Below, piece after piece: positions 33,652 to 46,009 of a stretch of DNA of 64,000 bases. This DNA is from Fonticula alba ATCC 38817 (lineage: Eukaryota > Protista > Nucleariida). Within the stretch, counting starts at the first letter, position 1. Each line of letters starts with the position of its first letter. Location: assembly GCA_000388065.2 (NCBI GenBank), contig KB932201.1; one strand, written 5' to 3'. The position numbers were made by a program, and so were the translations under genes. Under the pieces are notes generated by a model. The model was not told where the DNA came from. It did not search any database and saw only the letters and a list, made by a program, of their open reading frames with translations.

Positions 33652-35576
33652 CTTCGACTGGAGTGATGTTTCCTTGGTCTCCCCCGCGGAGTCTGCCGCG
33701 GACAACGCCACGGGGGGGGGGGGCAGGAGAGGGCAGGAGAGGCCCGGAAAGGGCAGGAGAGGGCAAGGGAGGCAAGGCATGGGGCGAATGTAGACCAGCA
33801 GGAGAGAAGCAGCACACCAACAGGCCACAGGACTTGGTCTTGCCAACACACCCCCTCCCTCAGCCCCCGGGGCCTCGCCTCCGTGCCCTCTTCCCCACTC
33901 ATCCGGGGTGGCATCCGCGCGCGCGCGCGCGCGCGCGTGTGTGTGTGTCTGTGTGTGTGTTTGTGTGATCGACAGCACGCGTGCTCCTGCCCGGCTGCCC
34001 GCGGTCGGTCCTCTTCCCAGGAGACATGTCCCCCCTGGTCGGGGTGCACAACACGCCGTTGTTCAAGGGGTGTCTATACCCCCAGGAGCGCAGGACCCGG
34101 CCGCGCATGCCAGCCTGTCTCCTACGCCAAGCCAGCGGCGACGGCATTCCCCCGACGAACTTTCCCGCCACCCCTCCCCACCCCCCACATCTGCCCAGGC
34201 GATCCGGGGAAATGTCTCTCGTATGACTGGCGTTCAATTTGACTGGAGGGGGGTCTTGCTGCGCCGGAACCCCACGCCCGGATGATCACTAGCATCCCCG
34301 GCGTGCCGGAACGGTAGGGAAACGAAAGCCCCCGAGCAGGGCCACTGGGGGGGGGGGGGGGGGGGGGGGGGCGAGGCCAGAGGCTAGATCGCGCAGCCGG
34401 ATCCGGCAGTCGCACCCAGGGCAAGACGAGGCACGACGCAGGGGGCAGGGGGCAGGGGGGGGGGGGCCACATCGTGGCGACGCCAAGTGGGCACCTCCGG
34501 ACAGTGGTCAGGCGCAGATGTCCTCCCGGGCAGGAGCCCCGAAGGGCCGGGTCAGAACGCGTACGAAACGCGTCGAAGGCGGGGCGCGATCTGGTGGCGC
34601 ATTCTGCGCGGCCAATCGCTGAGCCCGGGGCATATTGTGGGCAAACATGGTGATCGCTTCCAAGTCATCAGACGGGGGTTTGGGCTACGTAGGAATTCAT
34701 GACTAGGATTTTTGGCAACTGCCGCCTGGGTAGGGGGGATATCCCCCCCCCCCCCCCTGCCTCCCCAATCGCGAGTGGGCCAGCCCCCCAAAGAGGATTG
34801 CGCCCTCGCGCCAGCCACGCATACACCAAAAAGCAGGCTGAATGTTGGCCGACAAAAAGGGCCACGAGGGGGTTAAAGAATGGAAGGGCGCTGAAAGGCG
34901 CTGAAAAGGCCCAAATAAGCCTGAAAGGGGCTGAACGAGGCCCTGCGCCCTCGGAGCCGGAAGGGTTCTCACGGGCCCGGGGCATGCTGGCGTGCGGACC
35001 ACCGTCAGATGTTGGGGTGGGCCGAGGCATCCGACGTCCGACGTCCGGCGGAGCGCGCACGCCCGCACCCCCCCCCCCCCCCCCGGAAGGGGTACCGAAG
35101 AAGATGGCCGGGTGTGTTTTTAATGGCGCGCGGGGTACTTTCACACGCCATTCGGTCTGTCGTGTGATCTGCTCTTGGTCAGGTGGGCCCATTCGGAGTG
35201 GAGATCTGTGACTTTCTCCACGTGCCCATGGCATTCATCCAAGGCCCCGGGGCCTTTTGATGCTTCGAGCTGGGTGCCGGAAACAAATGCCAATAGGCAG
35301 CCTTGGCCGTACGCCAGGGGAAGAGTGTGTCACTGGAAAAAATGTTCAGCTCTAAATGTCGGTATATTACTTTTGCTACTTTTCCCGGCCGCAGGAAGCT
35401 CGCCAACAAAAGGGGCTATGATCGGTGGAGATTCACACTGCCAGGAGAGGGAGGGGGGGGTTGAGGACCCCCCGTGTGACAAGGGGAAAAAAGATTCTCT
35501 CCAGTATGCGATGCTGGCCTCCTCTGTGAGTACGTGCGTGGGTGAGGGGGGGGAGGGGGGGGGGGGGGGAACCCAC

Positions 35577-38500
35577 TCAAGTTGGCAGAAGGTTCTCCAT
35601 GGCCATCAGCTGGCGCATCATATTCCCCATGCGAGCTTCATTCTCCGATGGGGCCATGGTGGCGTCGGTTCCGGAGGAGCCGACCGAGGTGCCGCCACCC
35701 CGGCGAGAACCCCCCACGCGGCCGGCCGCCAAGGCTCCGGCCATCTGCCCAAGCTGCATGATTTGGTTGACATACTTCACACAGAAGACCAGCCAGATGG
35801 CAATGTCGTCGGCCCCGGTGCCGCGTGTGGGAGACAGGAGCCGGTGCTGCTGGGCGAAAGACCCCGCCGGGGGATTTGTCACGAACTCGCAAAGTCGCAG
35901 GCAGGAATCCGTCATGGCCGAGGAGAAGGTCTCAATCATCTGGCTGAGCCCCGGCCCGGCGGTCAACCAATTCACATCGGCATCCTCGTCCTCACTTTCA
36001 ATGTGCGGGCCGGGGAGCTGAAGCAAACGCACGGCCATGTCACCACAAGAACCGGCCAACAGTCGCGTTAGCAGGGCAAAGGTGTCGGCCCCGCCGCAGG
36101 CCTCATCCCCGGCATCGGGGCCGGCGGTGCCGGTACACAGGCCATTCCGGCCGCAGCATGCCTCGCCGTCAGATGTGGCGCTGGTGGTTGACCATCCGGA
36201 GCAACAGCCAGCCGCCTCGAGAGTGGCAGCCGGATTGTCGCGCCCGCGCAGGAGCGCCAGAGTTCCTGGACAATCAACATGCCAGCCGGCCACCGCGGTC
36301 CCGGGGCCAACCCCATCGAGCCAAGGCTTGCACACCTGGCGGATGGGGGCCAGCATGCGAAGGATCTGGTCAAAGTGCGCCATCACTCGGGCGGTGTTTC
36401 CACGCAGGGCGATGTGTCGATCGAAGAGGGCCAGCGACAGGCGCATATGTGAAATGGCGAACCCCAGCAGGTAATGGCAAACCGCAGCCGACGGGGCACC
36501 CACCAATTGGTGATACTTCTGCCCGACATCGCTGATGATGTTGGCCAAAAGCTGCAGGAGCTGTAGTTCCGGAAGCCGAGGATAGGGGGGGGAGGGCAAG
36601 TCCATCGGGAAGACGATGGGATATGCTGATGAGAACGAGGGTGACCGAGAGAAACCCCGAGAAGGGAGGCAGCAGGGTGGGGAGTGTTCAGGGGGATGGG
36701 AAATACCTCATTGCAGCGCCGCTGCAGGTGCACATCGATCTTCGGGAGACCGGGCGAAGCGAGCCGGGTAACGCCCCCCGGTGGTGGAGGAGTGGCCAGA
36801 GGGTCGAAGCCGCCGCCGCCGCCGCCGCCGCCGGAGCCGGGTGCGGGGCTGGCTATGGCGAGCTGCGCCAGGACACCAGGCCCGGCGGTCGATCCATGCA
36901 GCACGCGCGCCGCATGGCCGGCCAGCTGCTCCAGGCACCCGATGACAACGCTGTCGACACTGAGGCGTGTGAGTGACAGAGAAGAGCAAGCCACCGGGAG
37001 CTGCTTGTCGCGCCAGGCCGCGGCGGAGGTGGCCAATGCATCGCCCCAGCGCTGGATCTTGGCCGTCAACACTGTCCAGGGAATTGGGGGAGAGAGAGAG
37101 AGAGAGAGAAGAGGGGAAGGAGCGAATCGAAAGGTTAGGTGAACGGGTTGGAGAGGGCAACGGTTGTAGGGAGGCCATTTGCACGCACGAGAGGAAAGGC
37201 GCGACAGGTCGGCGCCGGGATTGGCGCTGCTGGCAGGGGCGCCACCGGAGCCGGGAGCCGTGCCAAAGGAGCCAGCCGACAGAGTGTACAGTGCGCCACT
37301 GAATCCCGCACTCTCGGTGCTGACCATGAGCGACTCCCCGCCAAGTGAGGATCCGCCAAGGATTGACTGCACGAAGGCCTGCATGTCGCTGGACACCTGG
37401 ATGAACTGCGACAGGTCGTCCAGGCGCGACTCGATCTTGGCCCAGCCAGGGACAACAGTCTGACATTTGAATTCCACCAGAGGGTGGTGTTAGTATCGGA
37501 GCCAGGACCAAGCAGGGAAAGTAATAAAAGCAGCACAGGGTCGCACTGCAAGTTCGCGCGAGCCGCCGGCAAACCAGCTGGATGCTGACTGCAAGACCAA
37601 TACCAGCTCGGAGAGGCGGGGCAGACCGACAGACGACGGGTTGAACTTCTCGTCGCGTAGAATTGTGGCCGCCGAGAAGACCTAGGATCGGTGTAGGCGC
37701 ATGTTTTCGTGTAAGTGTGTGAATGTGTGTGTATGTGAAAGAGAGAGGGCGGGGGGGGGGGGAGAGAAAGAGGTCGCGCAAGTGACCCAGAGAGCCCACG
37801 AGATGTCAAAGAGGGGGATGGAGACACGACCGAGACAACCATGGGGAGGAACACGTACATGTGAGCGCTCGGCCTGGGCCATTTCCTCGAAGGCTTCGAT
37901 GGAGATCTTCCGCCCGCGGGACTGGATCTCCACCCAATTGCGGTACTTTGCTTCGTCGCCATTATCCACCTCATCGGCATTCCTATTCAAGAGCAATGGG
38001 TCAGGGGGGAGGGGGGGGGGAGGGAAGCAGCTTCAGAGGGGAGAGAGAGAGAGAGAGAGGAATGGTGGTGGAAAGGGGCGCACCGGTTGGAAGAACGTGC
38101 CAAGCGCCGGGCCATACGTGCATTCAGACGCTGCTGCAAGCGCTTCATCATAAGCACGGAATTCTGCGAATCCAAACCCGGGGACATGGGCATCGTGACC
38201 CCGCCAAGCCCAGGGGGCGGCGGAGGCGGCGGAGGCGGAGGCGGAGGCGGCGGCGGTGGCGGCGGCGGTGGCGGTGGCGGTGGCGGCGGAGCCGGGGCAC
38301 CTGCCGCGGGAGAAGCTGGAGCAGTCAAGGCGGGGGGCTTACTGGCCATTGGCTCGAAAAGTGGAGCCGGCTGATGTGTGACCGGGCCGGCCTCTGCCCC
38401 TGGGGGCTGCCGGCAGGGGAGGGGCGAAGAAAAGTCAATCAGCATATCGGACCCGGTGGGGAAGGCACCGGATGCCATTGGAGCCGAGCTGGTCGAACTC

Positions 38501-39533
38501 GTTGAGAAGACATCCGCCAATTGCAGCAGATCGGACGAGACGCTGGGCGCCGAGCTGGCCGAGGTGATCGGATCAAAGAGACCCATTGAGGGGGACATGG
38601 GCCCGGCAGAGGGCGGGAATGCCACCGACCGGGTGTTGAGCATCGGCGAGAAGCTCAGCAGGCATTGGTCGGTCCGCGGGGCGGACGGGGCAAGGGCCGG
38701 GGCTGGGGCCGGAGCCGGGGCGGCCAGCGGGCCAGGTGGCGGGCGGCGGGCCAGACGCCGGCTGCGCGCGCGCTGGTTGATTTGGGCCATGCGCAGGCCG
38801 AGGGCCTCATCATCGAGCAGGCCCCGCGCGGCCAGATCGAGCGTCTCTTGCAGCGCGAAGTCGATGGAAAAGTCGTCCAGATCATCATCCGAGTCGTCAT
38901 CCGAGTCGGCAGGACCCATGGTCGAGATGGCCGTGCCGGTGATGGCGGCACTGCCAGCGACATCAGTGGCGATGGTGGTGCCCCTGTCAAAGGACAGCAG
39001 ACGCCGAGTGAAACCCAGCCCCGGGAGCCCATGCAGATGAAGGGAAGACCCGCCGGCGGGATCGGTGCTGCGGGAGGGGGCTCCGGAGGAGGTGGGGGCG
39101 ACGCCCAGGCCGACCGGGTGCCCGGCCGAGGGAGTTAGCCCCCCACCGACGGCCGCCAGCGAGTGTGTGATGTGCCGTGACAGGCGCGAGAGGCGTGACT
39201 GTGGCCGAGAGGAGCCGGTGCGACCGGCGGACGTTGTGTCCTGATTGCGCTGACGCTTCGCTGGTGATGCCAGGATCAGGTCATCGGTCAGGCGGTCAGG
39301 GCGGCTGGGGCTGGCGGGCAGTTGCGCGGAGCCGGTGCCGGTATTCATGCCGGTGCCTGCATTGGGCATCGGCGAGTAGTGTAGGTCCAACAGGGTGCCA
39401 GTGACCGGACCGGCAGCCTCAACATCGACAGTCTCGGCAAAGTCCCGCTTTCCAGCATTGAACAGACCTGCCAGGTGGACAGGCATATCAGAAGGCGGTC
39501 AACATGAGCACATGCCATGGGGGGAGGAGCAGG

Positions 39534-39578
<45 letters not shown>

Positions 39579-40110
39579 AGCTGGCCCATGATAGGATGGG
39601 CAGGCCAAGAGGCCAAGACATACGCTGACTGGTGGAGCTGACGATGAACTGTGGTGCGTGGACAATGTTGCCGATTAGGCTGGTGCTTTGCCGACGCATT
39701 GACCGGAAGAAGGCCCGGCTACGGCCCGGTGCTGTCTCGGAGCCGTCATCCTCGGATAGTTCGCCACTGGACGAGGCGCCCGACTGCGGGTGCAGGGCCA
39801 GGCTAGACAGGCCGACGGATGGCGATCCGGGTGAGAGGGACAAGCTGGACACACGAGGCTCGAACCCAGGGGCACCCGGGGCCAGGGGCGGTCGACCGGC
39901 GGGTCGAGGCGATCCCGAGGCCGCCGGGTCCAGCGTTGCGACATTTTCCAAAGCCGACATCAAGGTCGACACCATGCCACGCCAGACATTGGAGGTGGAG
40001 GCATTGGAGTCGGACTCGGCGCCGGGCACCGCCGGGCGGGAGGCCTCCTGCGCCGGGCGCCGCCGCGGTGCGTGCACGGACGCGGGCGGGGGTGGCACAC
40101 GAAAGGCCAT
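35577..40110 (-). CDS. Uncharacterised large protein: disordered N-half, polyproline tract, helical C-half; multi-exon
   Basis: Coding-like ORF blocks (39499-40110, 37987-39486, about 37860-37990, 36383-37477, 35577-36605) separated by CT/C-rich GT-AG introns. A polyproline run is encoded by mixed codons at about 38216-38290. No recognisable family motif. Confidence 0.65.
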
Positions 40111-41019
40111 CCTCGGTGGGTGCCTCGAACAGAAGGGGGGAGCACGGGGGCAGGCGCGTACGGCGGAGGGGGAGAGGGCGCCGGGCGCGCGGGCAAGGCA
40201 ACAAGCGAGAGGCGATGGGGCAAGGAGAGTGGGGGGGGGGAGACGGGGGAGGTGCGAGGTGCGAGGGGAGGGGGCGGGCCCACGGTGGCAAGCATGTGGG
40301 GCGCAGGTTGCATCGGCTTGCTGGCCGAAAAAAAAAAAAGACAACATCCCCCGGCATCCAGTTCTCGACACATGCCTCTGGGGGTGTCCGCCCCAGAAAG
40401 GCGAGGGCAGGGGGTGGGGGGGGGGCCTATGCAAGGGGCCATGGTCAGAGAGATCTCACGGGGTGCTTGCGCCTCGCGGACGCTGTCCGGCAGGGCTGGC
40501 TGCGGGCGCGGGAGCTCGGTGCCGGCTGGCCACGCCGCCCGTCTCTCAGTGCCGACGCCGGCGAGGCTGAGAGGCCGGCCGGCGCTCTTCCCGGCGATGG
40601 TCGGGGGGGACCATTCAAAAAGCCAGGCCGTTAGCTTGGGGAGAGCTGCCAATGATTCCCGACCGCCCAGGGTTTGAGGATCCTGCCTGTCCGCGGGGGA
40701 CATTCACTATGGGGGGGGGGGGGATTGTGGCTCGCTTGGCCGCGTCCCTGGGGGGCGACCAGCGCGAGAACGCCCCCCCACATTGGCAAGGCACCGGGCA
40801 CTTCGTCCAAGCCGCGTCAGCACCACCCGAGACATATGTTGTAGGAGGCCCCCACCGCGTGGGGGGTCTCTACCGGGCGGGGAGTGCCAGTGGCCTGGCC
40901 CCACGGACGCACACAGTTGGGAAGAACTTTCGGACGCGGTGGGAGCCGGGGATTTTGGCCGCCGCGCAGACAGGTATCAGAGGATTTATGCCGAATCGGA
41001 TGTTCAAAACCCATCTGAA

Positions 41020-41098
41020 GGTTGGATGGCCGAGTGGTTAAGGCGCCAGTTTAAGGCACTGGTGGGAAACCGCGTGGGTTCGAGTCCCACTCCAATCA
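41020..41098 (+). tRNA. tRNA-Leu(AAG)
   Basis: Cloverleaf: acceptor GGTTGGA/TCCAATC plus discriminator A; D arm GCC-GAGTGGTTAA-GGC; anticodon stem CCAGT/ACTGG with loop TTAAGGC; class II variable arm; T arm GTGGG-TTCGAGT-CCCAC. Confidence 0.95.
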
Positions 41099-41101
41099 AA
41101 C

Positions 41102-41106
41102 TTTTT
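41102..41106 (+). terminator. Pol III oligo-T terminator of the tRNA gene
   Basis: TTTTT three bases after the tRNA 3' end. Confidence 0.7.
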
Positions 41107-41473
41107 GATCTTTCGCTGTCCCGATCGTGGGCGTGTCCGTCTCGCCAGAATCTCTTGTTCCTTTTTTCCCCTCCCCCCCCCCCTCCGACCAGCTCCGCAG
41201 CAGTGCACACCGGCAAATGTGTGCTCGCCGAATAAGGCAATACCATCACCTTTTGCCTGGCCAGGGGGCGGATTCTTTGAGCCCCTCGCATATGNNNNNN
41301 NNNNNNNNNNNNNNNNNNNNNNNNNNNNNNNNNNNNNNNNNNNNNNNNNGGGGGGGGGGGGGGGGGCGGGGGGGGAAGGCAGTAAGGGAGAGCGCGGAAG
41401 AGGGGAAGAAGAAGTACATACACACATCTTTGCCAATGTGCTGGCGATCTAGCAAGTGGGGGAAGTGGGATAT

Positions 41474-42249
41474 TTACATGATATAGGGCATGCGGCCATC
41501 GACTGACTCGCCGGTGGCCGCGATGCCAGATGACAAGCTGGGGTCCAGGCGGCCAAGCAGGAAGGCTAGGTCTTGGTCGACCGGGTCATCGGGACGGGAC
41601 ACCGTGGACGCCATATTCCCGGGGGCTGACCGGGTAAACACACGCCCCCCGCTGTCGGCACATCGCCTCCGGCACCCGCACAAATGCCCGGGAGCCGGAG
41701 TCGCGGCGATGGTGGGCGAGGCCAGGGTCGATGGGCCGGCCGGTTGGATGTAGCACACACACTGGGAGGAGATCATCGGTGGGAGGAGACGTGGCGCGTG
41801 GTGTCCATGGCCGTTTGCCCCGGCGGAGATCGTCGCAGGGAAGGAAGGACCACCGGTTGGCGAAACGTCACCCGCGTCAGAGGCAAAGGAGTTTGGCTGG
41901 CGAGAAGTAGCACGGAGGGTGATCGGTGAGTAAAGGAGTGCACATGGAGAAAGAACGTGGCACGAAGGGGGAGAGAGAGAGGGGGAGAGAGGGAGGGGGA
42001 AAAAAAAGGAAAGAGGGGGAGGGGACACACGAGAAAGGGCGACTGAAGGGGTGCCACGCCCGGACGCGGTGCCCCGCCCGATGCGGCAGGTGCGCCGGAT
42101 GCGGAGGCTTCGCTCAGAGTAAATGAGGATAAGCTGTTGGCCAAGAGGGAGGGTCCCACCTCGCCACACATGGTGACAGGTGACCCTCCGGGGGGGGACC
42201 TAGCCACAAGGAAGGGCCCGGGTTGGCTGGGGTGGGTCGGCAAGGACAT
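41474..42249 (-). CDS. Possible small hypothetical protein (low complexity, S/P/G/A-rich)
   Basis: Two overlapping ORFs (41773-42249, 41474-42169) are bridged by a CT-rich intron-like tract. The end reads VDQDLAFLLGRLDPSLSSG...MPYIM*. No family motif. Confidence 0.3.
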
Positions 42250-42269
42250 GGTGGGAGGCGGGGCATGTG

Positions 42270-42306
<37 letters not shown>

Positions 42307-42649
42307 TGCGTATGTGTATGGGCGTGTGCGCGTGCGTGTGTTTGTCTTACACCAGAGTGTGTGGGTGAAATAGGGGGAGAGGGGGGCAAGGGCAGGAAAG
42401 GTAGGCGGAGGGGGAGGAAGAGCGTGCTTGATTTTGGTAGATAAAGGGAACCCCTTGCGGGAGTGTTTTCTCTCTCAGGCAGATCTCACCGGGTGGGGGG
42501 GGGGGCGGAATGGGCAGGCGCCACCTGGGGGAGGGGGCGCTCCGAACAGCCACCGAACGCGAGAGCTGGACCAGGATATGGTCGGAGTGGGGAGCGCATG
42601 TCTGAGAAGGCCATATCGAGAACGAGAGCGCGAGTGAGCGCGAGAGAGC

Positions 42650-42689
<40 letters not shown>

Positions 42690-45483
42690 GGAATATGAAA
42701 GGAGTGTCGGGGAGCACCAGTCCTCGTGTTGCCCATCCGGAGAGAGCCCGAAGCCGCCTCGGAGTCGTCCGGGACACGGGGGGGGGGGGAGGGGGTAGGT
42801 CAACGCGGGGACACCGGCCGGATCACCTCTGCTTGCCATCGAGGGCGCGGGCTCACGCTCGCCCCCCCCCTTGATGCAAGGGATGATCGATTCCGACGTG
42901 GCAACAGATGTGCGCCCCAGCGAAACAGGGGGCGATCTGGGTCCACCCTGGGGGAGAACGGAAGGCGGGGGGGGGGGGGGGGGCACAGCCTCGCGCCAAA
43001 GCACCTTCTCGTAGACCAGTCCTTTATTGGAGGAAGGCGGGTCGGCTGCCAGGTACCTCGCTCTCAGCCTGCTGCTGCAACCTGCGCCGGGGACCGAAAA
43101 AGAAGAGGGGCAGGCTCAAGCAGTGGGACAAGAGCGAGCAGGCGCCCCCTCTCCCCCGAGGGGAGGAGTGATTGAGCGAGCAAAACAGCCCATGGGGCAT
43201 ACCTAGATCACATCGTCCGCGCATGTGCCCATAGAGCGGTAAGCACGTGCGACCCCGTGGGGAGAGGCGAAAGAGGGTTCAAATCCCGGGCCCCGGCCTC
43301 GGGCCCTCGACAGTCGGGCCATCTTCCATCCCAGCGGTCCTGCTGTGCCCGCCAGAAACGGGCTCCAACGGCGGGTGAACCGAACGAGAGAACAAGAAAG
43401 AGGAGGGAAAAGCAGGAGGGAGACAGAGGAGACTCCATACGCCGGCGTCCCATGCCTCGTCCCCCCCCCCTCCCCGACATCAGGGCGGTCGGAGCCCTCA
43501 AAGGTGGGTAAATATTGGCTGGTGAATTATAAAAAGCCAAATAAAGCCCATCTGCCTGGAGGATAACGGGTCTATTAAACTGAGCTCACACGGCTCTTGG
43601 TGTACCCTCGCCTGCTGAGAACCCCCGACTCTCGCAGGACGCCTGGGGAGAACGGCATGTCAACTGTTCGTCGGGGCATGACCCGGCCCGGGGGAGGGGG
43701 TCAAGCGGTGTGAAGAGGCACGGCGCGGGAAGCACCTCCCCTTCGAAGGCGGGCTGTCCCTGCCCGGCCTCCTGACGCTGCTGGCCTGCGCGCACATCGA
43801 GGAGCGAATGCTCCAGACCACACGTGTTGGCGGTTGAGCGTTTTTGCCGGTGCGCCCTGACCCCCACCCCCGTCCCCCCCCCTCCCCATCCCCGAACTGC
43901 GGCCCTGGTCATTTTCCATGGACCCAACGTTCTTGCTGAGCTGCCCGTCTTCGTGCCCACCCGCACCCGGAGACATAGCTGCCTGTTGAAAAGCCCTCGG
44001 TCCCACGCTGGTCAATGGCCTGGGGCAGGGTCTCGTGCAGGGGGCGGTGTGCGCGTGCGCGTGCGCGTGCATGTGTGCGAGCGAGGCGAGAGCGCCGCGG
44101 CGAGGCAGAGCGAGAGCGCCCATGCGCGACAGACCGATGGGACTGATCTACGAGCGGGGACCGGAGCGGAGACGTGTCATTGACACGGGGCCTAAGGCGC
44201 TCTGGGCGGAGGGCAGGGTCGCCCAGAAGCCATGGCAAATGTCCGTCTCTCCCCCGGAGGGCGGCGCGCCCGCGCAACATGGTCTCACTATCCTGCCTTC
44301 CGTCGCCTCGGGCCGCATGCTGCAACTCGGCTGGGCAGGCAGTCTCACACCAATTGCGAGCGCGTCGGACTTGGGGCAACTCCGCCACTCTTGTCAGGGG
44401 GCCAGCACCTGTGCTTTGTCTGCCGCGACCCGTCCGCCAGCGCGGCCCCCGCCCCCCCCCCCCGCCCCCACCCGCGCGTTGCCTGCATTTACTCCGACCT
44501 TTGTTCCCCAAGCTTTCCCCAGCACCTCGGCTGCTGGTGGACACATATCCGGGGCGCGGGACCGCACCACAGACCGGAGTAGTGCACTGAACCCCCCCCT
44601 TCTCGCCCTTGCCTGTCCTGCTGCTCCCTTCTTCCGGCCCCTTCCTCGCCGTCGCCCCTCAGGCATGCCCAAGTGCCGCCCCCCCCCCCCCCCCCCCTCT
44701 GGGCGGGCCTCCGCCCGTGTCTCTCCCGCCCTTTCCCGCCGGTCCGGGGGCAAGAGGTTGTGAGCAAGGGTGGGGGAGGGGGCGGCGGCACGCGCCAGCT
44801 CGCGCATTCGCGCGCGTTTCCCGCCCGGAAAGCCCGCCCGATCCGTCCAAGGGTGTTTCATCGACCTTTATTTTTTGGCATACCTGCCCCCGGATTCGGC
44901 CCCCCCCCCCCGCCCCACTGTTGCCGGCTGGCTTCCCAGGCGCTACGTCGTCTTCCGGGCCCCGCTCGCGCGTGCTCACCCAGACACGCAAGCGTAGGCA
45001 ACATGCTTGCGAAACGTTGGAAGGCCTTGCCAGCAAGCAGGTCAACGCGAGATATCAAGCGAATAAACCGGCGGGCAGGCGCGAGAAAGACACGAAGCCG
45101 AGGTTCGGCCGGTGCAAAGGGAACATGGTTCCTCCCACCTCCCCCCATTCGCCCCCCTCCCCCCCCCCCCCCCCCCCCCCCTATACACTGTGCTCTCAGC
45201 TTCTTTCTCTCTCCCGCCTCTCTTTTCCTTGTGGGTGTGGAGCACATGCGTTGGCAGTGTGCGACGGTTACCGCCGCCGAGCTCGGGTGTGGTCCCAACC
45301 GGGGGCGCAATCCGGCGGAAGGTGAGGCTGGAACGTGGGCGGAACGGCTCGGGGGGCAGGACGCTCATCTTCTAGATGCTAGCTGCTTCTCCCCTCCGGC
45401 GGGGGGGGGGGGGGCCGTGACACATGGGCCTCATAGACTGGCTTGTGGCCTTTCGAGGATGTGTCCACTCCCCTCATCGGCCA

Positions 45484-45563
45484 CCCCTCCCCAGCTTGGA
45501 CTTGACGTGCCACCAAGCTCCCCCCCTCCTAACTCCCTCCTGCCCCATTCCCTCGTCCTTGTG
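45484..45563 (+). repeat. 80-bp direct repeat, copy 1 (identical to 48995-49074)
   Basis: CCCCTCCCCAGCTTGGACTTGACGTGCCACCAAGCT...CCTCGTCCTTGTG is identical in both copies by eye. Confidence 0.9.
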
Positions 45564-46009
45564 GGCACAGCAGGGGCGGGCGGGCCCCCCCGCATATGCC
45601 CAGGAATCTGGCAGAGTCAGTCACCAACAGGTCTCTCTCTCAGACTCTCCTCCTCTTGGCCCCCTTCGTCCCCGGCCTGCCAGCAACGGCTGGAAGGAGC
45701 CACAGCCCCGCCGGATCGCCTTCTTCGGCCACCGACCCCTGCTTTTTCCCGGCCTGCCGGCCCGCATCATCCTTCTCCTCCTCCCCATCCCACTCCTAGC
45801 CCCCTCCCCCTTCCTCGCCTCTCTCTCTCTCTCTCTCTCCTTTCCTCCTTTCTCCTCCTTCCTCCTCCTCGGCGTCTCTCTCCACTCTCTTGCGCCATCG
45901 CAAAGCCCTTGGGTGTGGGTTCCGTTCCTTTGCCGCCCGCCGCACGGCCAACGACCCCCACCCTTCCCTCCGCGGCTGTGACTTCTCCACTTCTTCCTCC
46001 CTGATCGCC

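Noticed and set aside
43226-43296. B-box-like GGGTTCAAATCCC preceded by TAGAGCGGTAAGC, suggesting a second tRNA
   Set aside because: The acceptor, anticodon and T stems do not pair into a cloverleaf and there is no oligo-T terminator. At most a degenerate remnant.
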